Below are positions 56,280-64,000 of a stretch of 64,000 nucleotides of DNA, piece by piece. A program made the position numbers and the translations under genes. The notes under the pieces are model-generated. The model searched no databases. It had not been told where the DNA came from and saw only the letters and a list, made by a program, of their open reading frames with translations. The stretch is taken from the NCBI GenBank assembly GCA_045803545.1, contig JBJMOW010000005.1, positions 896,001 to 960,000 on the forward strand, in the 5' to 3' direction. How positions within the stretch are numbered: position 1 is the first letter of the stretch; each line of letters starts with the position of its first letter. This DNA comes from Gemmatimonadaceae bacterium. GTDB lineage: Bacteria; Gemmatimonadota; Gemmatimonadetes; Gemmatimonadales; Gemmatimonadaceae.

Positions 56280-59269
56280 CCGAGCGACAGCGCACGGACG
56301 ATATGCGCTCTCAGCAGGCGCGTGCGCAGATCTCCAACCGCGTCTCGTCCCACCAGAGGCAGCATTGCCTCGAATGCCGCTTTCGCTCCCACTGCATCAT
56401 CGTTTTTCAAATGCGCCACAACGGTAGCGTCGCGCAGATAACCCGGCGGCACCCACCAGTCCGCCTTCCGCATCTTTTTGATCAATTGATCTCCCGCCGC
56501 CTGCACCATCGGGAAATCCCAGCCGTCGACAGCTCTCACGAAATCCACCGATTGGCGCACTCCGGCCGGCGCGTTCACGCGATTGATGAATGCGTCGACG
56601 CGGCGAAAGAAACTGCTATCGATCGATCCGGGCGAGCCGGCGTGGACGTCGCGATTGACTTCATAGAGCAGCGAAACCCAACGATGCCAGTGCGGCGGTG
56701 GCACGCTCGCCGAGATCTGGGAATCGAAGAGATTGCGTACCTGCTCGATCGCTGCGTAGTCGGCATCGTCGGTACTGGTATCGCGCGGAGACAGCCGAAG
56801 CCGAGCACTCCGCGCCCGCATCTGCAGCCGCGGGACATTTGCCAACAACTCGTCATCGCTTGCGAGTGACATGCCTCGACCAGCAAGCGCGGCGGAAATG
56901 TCGAACGGCGATGCGTTGAGATTTTCGAATCCGCTGGCGTCCGTCAGCAGATAACGCGCTCTCTCGCCGTTCAGGTCCAGGACCGGCGCGAAATCCGAGT
57001 TCGCTCGCACCCGGGAGACCAGTGGGGCGAGTGTGCTCGAGCCGGCGAGGTGCAGCGCGTCTAGCGACGCCGGCTTGAGCGATGCGACGAGCTTCAGGTC
57101 GTCGGCAAGCATTGGCCAGCCGACGACAGCCCAGTCGGGAGCAGGCACTGTAGTAGCGGTCGTCGCGATCACTACGATGTCACTGTCATCGGTCAGATAG
57201 ACATCGTAAGCGCCGAAGTTCTGCTGCAGCGCCGAGAGCATGCTCAGCACCAGAGAGTCGTTCATCTCGTAGAGGTGCATCCATTGGGCGAACACTCCGC
57301 CGTTCGCGAGATAGCCTTTGATCCGAGCGTAGAACTCAGTCGTGAACAATCCTGCCACACCGCTCACCCACGGATTGCTCGGCTCCGACACGATGAGGTC
57401 GAAGCGCCGACCCGCGCCGGCGAAGTACGATCTAGCGTCATCAATGACGAAGTGTGCGCGCTGGTCGGTGAACACGCGTTGATTCACCGGACGAAATGCG
57501 TTAGACGCCCGGATCATCTCGGGCTCGATCTCGATGGTCGACAGCTCGCGCAGGTTGGGACTGCCAAGCAGAAAGTGCGATGTCATTCCCGATCCCTGTC
57601 CGATCACCGCTGCGCTCCTCGCGTGCGGCGCGTGCGCCATCGCGATCAGCGGCAGCAGAATCTGCGTCGACACATCGTCGTGCAGAGATCGCTTCGTGGA
57701 TTGCTTCGCTGGGGAAAACCATTCAACGCCAACCGACGCGTCGGGCTTACCGTTCGTCGACAGTACGAGCGTTCCCTCAGAGGTGCGCTTCACTGTAACT
57801 GTGGCGGTGCGCCCATCCTTATAGAAGCTCGTGACGAACTCGCCCGGCGTCGGCAGTCCGCCGAATCGGTAGACGCCGCTGCCGAGCAATGTTTTGTCGA
57901 AGCGGATGGCAGACGCCCCGATCAGTACCAGCAGAGATGCAACTGCGGCGGTAGCGAGCACCGCTCTACGCGACGACGTCTCGCGCGGTATCGCGATGAA
58001 CAACAGCACCAGTCCTACTGCCACGTCGATTGCCGCACCGGCAATCAGCAAGAACTTTACGCCGAGCAGTGGGAGCAGCACGAGACCCGCCAGCACCACA
58101 CCGACAATCGAGCCGGCGGTGTTCGCCGAGTACACTTCGCCGATTGCTGCTTCGTTGGCGCCGTTGCGGTAGAGAATGCGTGTGATGAGGGGGAGCGTCA
58201 TGCCCGCGCAGAACGTCGCCGGCAGCATGATCACCAGACAGATGCCGTAACGCGCGATGGTGAATCCGGTGTAGCCGGGTGAAGTCTTTGCAAACACGTC
58301 GATGAGATCGGAGATCCAACCGAACGACGCGATGTAGAGCGGCATCGTTGCGACGGCGAGCACGCCCATCGCGCACTGCACGAATCCGAGGGCGCGTACG
58401 GGATCTTGCCAGCGGTCAGCGCGTTTGCTCACCCACAGCGCGCCGAGTGCGAGGCCGAGTATGAATGCGGAGAGCATCAGCTCGAACGAGTGCGTCGCGC
58501 TGCCCAGCACCAGCGAGAGCATCCGGATCCACGCGATCTCGTAGGCGAATGACGCGACAGCGGTTCCGAATGCTGCGCCGAGCAATAGCCATTTGCGGTT
58601 AGCGGTAGAGGAGCGCTTAGCGGTGGAGCGGTCAGTGCGTGGCAGCAACTCCTTCCATTGAACGACGAGCGCCAGCGTGATCGCAGCGGCGAAGAAGTTC
58701 AACATCGCCGCGAAGATCAACGTCCCCGGGAAATCGAATCGGCTGACGAGATAAAAGCCGGCGACCAGGACGCCGACAGCGGCACCGAAGGAGTTGGACG
58801 CGTAGAGCCACGACAGCACCGCGCCGGGCCGCGTATTCCACAGCCTGAGTATTCCAGCGCTGATCAGCGGAAAGGTTGCACCCAGCAGAATCGACTGCGG
58901 CAGAATCAGAATCGCGGCCAGCAGCCACTTGACGGTCACCTGCGCGCCTTGCGACGCGACGAGTGCAGGAAAGATCGAGTCATAGGCTGCGGCGGATACC
59001 GCGCGAAACACTGGATGGAACAGGATGCCGAGCAGGCCAATCGCGGCCTCGACGACCGCATACCATATGAGAGGATTACGGAATCGCTCGCTGTAGCGCC
59101 CAATTGCGAAGGAGCCGACGGCCATGCCGCCGAGAAAGATGGTGAGGACCAGGATCTGGGCGTACGCGCTGTGCCCGACGAGGAGCGCGAGGTATCGCGT
59201 CCAGATCGATTCGTACATGAGACCGGCCGCGCCTGAGAGGAAGAACAGCGCGTAGAGGGCGATCAGCAT
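56270..59269 (-). CDS. Fused MFS-like membrane domain/spermidine synthase-like protein
   Basis: SGAAGLMYESIW, LGATFP, ANTAGSIVG, NGKPDAS, IGQGSGMT, DDAR, SEPSNPWVSG. Confidence 0.9.
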   Translation of the reverse strand: MLIALYALFFLSGAAGLMYESIWTRYLALLVGHSAYAQILVLTIFLGGMAVGSFAIGRYSERFRNPLIWYAVVEAAIGLLGILFHPVFRAVSAAAYDSIFPALVASQGAQVTVKWLLAAILILPQSILLGATFPLISAGILRLWNTRPGAVLSWLYASNSFGAAVGVLVAGFYLVSRFDFPGTLIFAAMLNFFAAAITLALVVQWKELLPRTDRSTAKRSSTANRKWLLLGAAFGTAVASFAYEIAWIRMLSLVLGSATHSFELMLSAFILGLALGALWVSKRADRWQDPVRALGFVQCAMGVLAVATMPLYIASFGWISDLIDVFAKTSPGYTGFTIARYGICLVIMLPATFCAGMTLPLITRILYRNGANEAAIGEVYSANTAGSIVGVVLAGLVLLPLLGVKFLLIAGAAIDVAVGLVLLFIAIPRETSSRRAVLATAAVASLLVLIGASAIRFDKTLLGSGVYRFGGLPTPGEFVTSFYKDGRTATVTVKRTSEGTLVLSTNGKPDASVGVEWFSPAKQSTKRSLHDDVSTQILLPLIAMAHAPHARSAAVIGQGSGMTSHFLLGSPNLRELSTIEIEPEMIRASNAFRPVNQRVFTDQRAHFVIDDARSYFAGAGRRFDLIVSEPSNPWVSGVAGLFTTEFYARIKGYLANGGVFAQWMHLYEMNDSLVLSMLSALQQNFGAYDVYLTDDSDIVVIATTATTVPAPDWAVVGWPMLADDLKLVASLKPASLDALHLAGSSTLAPLVSRVRANSDFAPVLDLNGERARYLLTDASGFENLNASPFDISAALAGRGMSLASDDELLANVPRLQMRARSARLRLSPRDTSTDDADYAAIEQVRNLFDSQISASVPPPHWHRWVSLLYEVNRDVHAGSPGSIDSSFFRRVDAFINRVNAPAGVRQSVDFVRAVDGWDFPMVQAAGDQLIKKMRKADWWVPPGYLRDATVVAHLKNDDAVGAKAAFEAMLPLVGRDAVGDLRTRLLRAHIVRALSLGQR

Positions 59270-59320
59270 CGCCGAGAGAGAGTGCGATCGATCGCCTCTC
59301 TCTGCAACCCCTCTGGTTGG

Positions 59321-59695
59321 TTAGTCGGGCTTCGGGAAGAACAGCTCGTTGCCGTCAGGATCTTCGACGACGAGCGTGTCATATCCCCACCAGGTCTCTT
59401 TGGTCGGGACCGAACGCTCGGCGAGCTCCCGTCGCAGATCGGCGAGGCCGTCAGCGGTCAGCTCGACGAAGAGCCGGGCTTTGTCGGTATGCCGGCCGTC
59501 TTCGCAGAGGATGATCTCGCACTCTCCGCGATCTACCTGGCAGACCTTTCCCGCGCCGTCGCCCGCGTGCCAGCGCTTCTCGAAGCCGAGCATGTCGATG
59601 TAGAAGCGCAGCGCGCGGTCCACATCGCCGACGAAGAGGACGGGACGAACGTACCAACGATGAATCGTCTGGCTACTTGCGGCTTGCTCCGACAT
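59321..59695 (-). CDS. VOC/glyoxalase-family protein
   Basis: VLFVGDVDRALRFYIDMLGF ... WWG...VEDPDGNELFF. Confidence 0.88.
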   Translation of the reverse strand: MSEQAASSQTIHRWYVRPVLFVGDVDRALRFYIDMLGFEKRWHAGDGAGKVCQVDRGECEIILCEDGRHTDKARLFVELTADGLADLRRELAERSVPTKETWWGYDTLVVEDPDGNELFFPKPD

Positions 59696-60089
59696 TCTGG
59701 CTCCTGATCCGCCCGCCGTCTAAGTATGGTATGCGCGGAGCGCCCGGCAAGGCCGCTCGCTGCAAAGCCTTCCGTTCGGGAAACGTGATCAAGACCTGTT
59801 GCCTTTGGCCCGGGCGCTCGCCGTATTCGATGAAAAACCCGATGATTACGCCAACGGCTGCTCCGACGACGAGACCGGTAAACTCTGCGCGTGTTCCATC
59901 GCAGCCGCCCTCGATTTCACAGTTCATTGACACATACAGGACCCCAAGTCCCGTCCCAACAGCGGCGCCAATTACTCCTGCGATGGCAATTGGCTTCACG
60001 TGATCACCGTCACTGCGCTCAGATGTCTGTGCGCCCGCACTACTGGCGAGGCCAACAGCGAGCAACACCTTGAGAGTCGAAGTCATCAT
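59673..60089 (-). CDS. Hypothetical protein with glycine-zipper TM hairpin
   Basis: Signal-like N-terminus; GVIGAAVGTGLG and GLVVGAAVGVIIG. Confidence 0.55.
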   Translation of the reverse strand: MMTSTLKVLLAVGLASSAGAQTSERSDGDHVKPIAIAGVIGAAVGTGLGVLYVSMNCEIEGGCDGTRAEFTGLVVGAAVGVIIGFFIEYGERPGQRQQVLITFPERKALQRAALPGAPRIPYLDGGRIRSQNVGASRK

Positions 60090-60090
60090 T

Positions 60091-60597
60091 CTACCGAATA
60101 CGAACTTGCAAAGGCGCACTGACGATCCCTTCGGTTGACTGGGTGTTGCCAAGCTCATGTACCGTTCCAATCACGGTGTATTTGCCCGGGCCGACGGGCA
60201 GCCGGTGGTCCGTGCGCTGAGGCCACATGTCCATAAAGATTAGCGAGTCACCTGGAGCGAGAGGGCCCTGCAGCTCCGCGCTCGCGCCACTACGGTGCCA
60301 GAGTTTATGCCTGACCCGATACGACCACCGGTACACTTTATAGTCGGTTTGCAACCGCCCTACCGAGGGCAAAGCAAACATCACCGTGTCTTTGCTGATG
60401 TTCGTTAGCACGAGACGCAAAGGGACCGGCTGACCGCCAGCGATCACAGCGGGCGCCTCAAGTCGTAGAGAAAACGGTCCCGACGTCGTAACTGAGCTCG
60501 TCATTCCACTCGTGTACGCAACTGTAGATGCGCACCCACCGCCCGCCGCCGCTGCGACGGCGGCCAAAACCCTGCCACAGCTCGCGCTCTGCATCAC
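60091..60597 (-). CDS. Hypothetical lipoprotein with Ig/BsuPI-like domain
   Basis: GGGCAS; VPLRLVLTN...LAPGDS...W.Q.....VGPGKYTV. Confidence 0.6.
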   Translation of the reverse strand: MMQSASCGRVLAAVAAAAGGGCASTVAYTSGMTSSVTTSGPFSLRLEAPAVIAGGQPVPLRLVLTNISKDTVMFALPSVGRLQTDYKVYRWSYRVRHKLWHRSGASAELQGPLAPGDSLIFMDMWPQRTDHRLPVGPGKYTVIGTVHELGNTQSTEGIVSAPLQVRIR

Positions 60598-62708
60598 CGG
60601 TTTTCAAGCCCCACAATTAACGCCCTGCCGGCCGCGGGATAGCGGTAGATCGCGCCTGATCCACCTGGATCGGGAAACGCGGTCACGTCGTAACGACGAT
60701 TCAGCACGTTCTGCAAATCGATCGTGAGCTTCGCTGGCCCAAATGGAATTCCGACGCGCGAGTCGAGCCGCGTGAGTCCGCGCAGCTCGATAAGATTCTC
60801 ATCGTCGACAAACGCGCCACTCAACGAAGACGCGACGACACCGGCCGTAAGGCCGCGCCAGACCGCAACGTTCGCCCCTGCCGATGCAACGTTGCGCGGA
60901 ATCGCCTTCAGCTGCTTGCTCTCGAATTGTCCATTCAGGGCGATGACCTGCTGCCGGGTGTAGTTCGCGAACGCGAACCATTTCTCTGCCCCGGCCGACA
61001 CGCCGAGCTCGGCGCCACGATGACGGCTGCGTCCGATATTGATGTAGCGGAATGTGTTGATGTCGAAGTCCAGCTCCTCACGCATTTTCTGTTCATAGAG
61101 TGCAGCCGACCAGTCGATGTGTGCGCCGTCCAGTTTCCACGATTGATACAGTCCGCCCTCGATCGAAGTACCGCGCTGCGGAACGAGATCCGGGTTCGAC
61201 ACCGTCGCCGAGAATGGCGGAAATGGAATTGGGATGCGACGATCGTCGAACAGCTGATCGAGAGTCGGCGTCTTGAACGCCTTCCCCGCCGAGACGAAGA
61301 CGTTCGTCGCTGTCCGCGCCGATGCCGGCAAAGCGAAGTTCAGCCCGACGTGCGGACTCAAGGCATTGTGCGTCTTCCTTTCAGTATTCCCGCCCGACCC
61401 GCTGCCCGGCTCGAATTTGTCGGCGATCCGATCGCCGCGTACACCGAGAGAAAAGCGCAATGGCGCGACGGGACGGAGCTGCCAATTGATGAATCCAGCC
61501 AACGACTGGCGACTGGCATTGGTCGGCGGACTCGACGGACCGGCGTCTCCGTTGGAATTGGCGTAGGCGTTGATATCACCAGCAACGATGTCCGCGTATC
61601 TCGAGGTGAGCTTCCCTGCCGACGCATCCACACCAGCGACCACTCGACCAAAGATGCCCGGATCGTCATCGCCAACTTCGACCTGCCCGGAAGTAAAAAC
61701 TCGCGGCGCTCTCGTCCGTCGCAGCTTGGTGTCAGCGAAATTAGTCGACAGCGGCAGCGTCTTCACCGCGCGCGCTGTCGCCAACTCAGCGACCAGGTAG
61801 CCCGAGAACTTTGCCGGTCCAATCAGTCGAGCGCCATCCACTCCCGCGCGATCGACCCGCTCGGAGGCATGATCGAGACGGAAAAAAGGATTTTGCGCCC
61901 GGCGGTCGTCAGTCGTGGTCAGCAGCGGCCCGGGATCGTCGGTCTTTCGCGCGTGCAACAGAATGAATCCGCCAATCGACGATTCGGTTCCGTACCGCTC
62001 GAACTTTGCGTGGATGTTCGACGACGCGAGATAATCCTCAACGCGATACCCGTTCGACGAGCGGTAGTCAGCCGCGATCTCTGCGACACCGCCGCCAACG
62101 CTACGACTCGCACGCACCGCTGCATCTCCGACCGCGTAGGATCCGTACGCGGCTCGCCAGAACAGCTCACCCGGCTGAACTGGAATCAGCTCGTTGAGTG
62201 TCCCGCCGACGGCGGCGTCCCCGTGCATGTACGATGTCGCGCCGCGCACCAGCTCGAGTCGACTAAGAGCCCACGGCGACAGCATCGTCCAGTCGACTGC
62301 GCCCGAGCCAAGCGCCGCGATCGGAACGCCATCGATCTGAGCGGCGACGTAGTCAGTCTCGCCGCCACCATAGAATCCGCGCGCGATCACCCGTGGATTT
62401 CCGCCCACCGAGCTGACATCGACGACCGCGATTCCCGGAACGATCGCGAGAGCGGCGCCGAGCGAGCGGAAAGGAAGCGCGCGGATCAAGGAGCCTGGCA
62501 CCGCTGTCACCGCGACAGTCGACGATCGAAGCGTCGACGCCGACCGATCCGGCGTTACGACAACCGTGTCTAGATGCTGAACCGCCGTCGTATCTCGTAT
62601 TTGACCGAACGCAACGGCCGAGCATAACGTCACTCCCAACGCAGCGGCTGATGAAAGACGTGAGACAGCAGTGACACCTGGGCGATCGAATAGACGACTG
62701 AATGGCAA
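60594..62708 (-). CDS. TonB-dependent receptor
   Basis: TonB box DTVVVT, plug ARGF...[44 protein letters not shown]. Confidence 0.9.
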   Translation of the reverse strand: MPFSRLFDRPGVTAVSRLSSAAALGVTLCSAVAFGQIRDTTAVQHLDTVVVTPDRSASTLRSSTVAVTAVPGSLIRALPFRSLGAALAIVPGIAVVDVSSVGGNPRVIARGFYGGGETDYVAAQIDGVPIAALGSGAVDWTMLSPWALSRLELVRGATSYMHGDAAVGGTLNELIPVQPGELFWRAAYGSYAVGDAAVRASRSVGGGVAEIAADYRSSNGYRVEDYLASSNIHAKFERYGTESSIGGFILLHARKTDDPGPLLTTTDDRRAQNPFFRLDHASERVDRAGVDGARLIGPAKFSGYLVAELATARAVKTLPLSTNFADTKLRRTRAPRVFTSGQVEVGDDDPGIFGRVVAGVDASAGKLTSRYADIVAGDINAYANSNGDAGPSSPPTNASRQSLAGFINWQLRPVAPLRFSLGVRGDRIADKFEPGSGSGGNTERKTHNALSPHVGLNFALPASARTATNVFVSAGKAFKTPTLDQLFDDRRIPIPFPPFSATVSNPDLVPQRGTSIEGGLYQSWKLDGAHIDWSAALYEQKMREELDFDINTFRYINIGRSRHRGAELGVSAGAEKWFAFANYTRQQVIALNGQFESKQLKAIPRNVASAGANVAVWRGLTAGVVASSLSGAFVDDENLIELRGLTRLDSRVGIPFGPAKLTIDLQNVLNRRYDVTAFPDPGGSGAIYRYPAAGRALIVGLENR

Positions 62709-62822
62709 GGCTGGCTCGTTCGACTGGCGTGGTGTTCCAGGGACCGCGACTTGCCGATGAATTTACTCCCGGTACATCCCGGCAATAGTTTCAACACGAT
62801 GCTGCCCCGCGCTGGAGTAGTG

Positions 62823-63221
62823 ATGCAGATCAAACGCAGTGGAACGCAGCCGTCTGGCAAAGGGCCGACCGATTGGTTCACCGGCACTGTTCGCATCGAT
62901 CCACTCTTTCAACCCGTAGCGCCACAACGCGCGGCAAGCGCCGCAGTAACCTTCGAGCCCGCCGCCCGCACAGCGTGGCACACCCACCCACTTGGTCAAA
63001 CCCTGATCGTGATATTCGGCAACGGTCGAGTGCAGCGCGAGGGCGGTCCTATTGAGGAGATCCGTCCGGGAGACGTGGTCTCGTTCGAGCCTGGTGAGAA
63101 GCATTGGCACGGCGCGTCACCGACGACAGCAATGACTCACATTGCAATTCAGGAAGCGCTCGACGGCAAAGCGGTTGAATGGCTCGAGAAAGTCACCGAC
63201 CAGCAGTACAACGGGAAATAA
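62823..63221 (+). CDS. Cupin-domain protein
   Basis: [47 protein letters not shown] before ATG 62823. Confidence 0.9.
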   Translation: MQIKRSGTQPSGKGPTDWFTGTVRIDPLFQPVAPQRAASAAVTFEPAARTAWHTHPLGQTLIVIFGNGRVQREGGPIEEIRPGDVVSFEPGEKHWHGASPTTAMTHIAIQEALDGKAVEWLEKVTDQQYNGK

Positions 63222-63224
63222 CAC

Positions 63225-64000
<776 letters not shown>

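Noticed and set aside
60927..62573. 548-aa plus-strand ORF
   Set aside because: Antisense shadow of the TonB-dependent receptor

Overview
GC-rich bacterial chromosomal segment with about 60 CDS and no rRNA, tRNA, CRISPR array or phage module that I can support. Gene content (SusC/SusD pair, carboxypeptidase-regulatory-domain TonB-type receptors, split atp operon) suggests Gemmatimonadota; this is inference. Housekeeping and envelope blocks: cupin/nucleotidyltransferase/MFS operon, AarF/UbiB kinase, M16 peptidase pair, TolC-MFP-MacB-like permease without an ATPase gene, the Fo part of the ATP synthase operon (atpZ/I-atpB-E-F-H) under a consensus Rex box, SusC/SusD with a divergent two-component system, ATL plus ATP-dependent DNA ligase, panE, PQQ dehydrogenase plus AraC regulator, a GntR(YtrA)-ABC operon, a hybrid kinase and several small enzymes. 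Most interesting: 30070-30945 encodes a protein with the RNA-binding half of IS110 recombinases (Nop/Tnp-like) but no DEDD/RuvC domain, and with a Cys/His zinc-ribbon-like insert. Directly downstream, a perfect 17-bp stem encloses a 36-nt unit with 18-nt periodicity (TGCCG-N9-AGTACCCCA-N9-AGCG). This resembles a nuclease-less TIGR-Tas (TasA-like) system with a single guide, in a non-phage chromosomal context. Similar 36-37-nt units occur just upstream of the gene and, more weakly, in two distant intergenic regions. Other oddities: two genes that appear to need non-canonical start codons (ATA, ACG), a homopolymer frameshift, a G-rich heptamer array, and a TonB-type receptor with a C-terminal LTxxQ helical domain. 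All family calls come from motif recognition by eye; no database searches were run.
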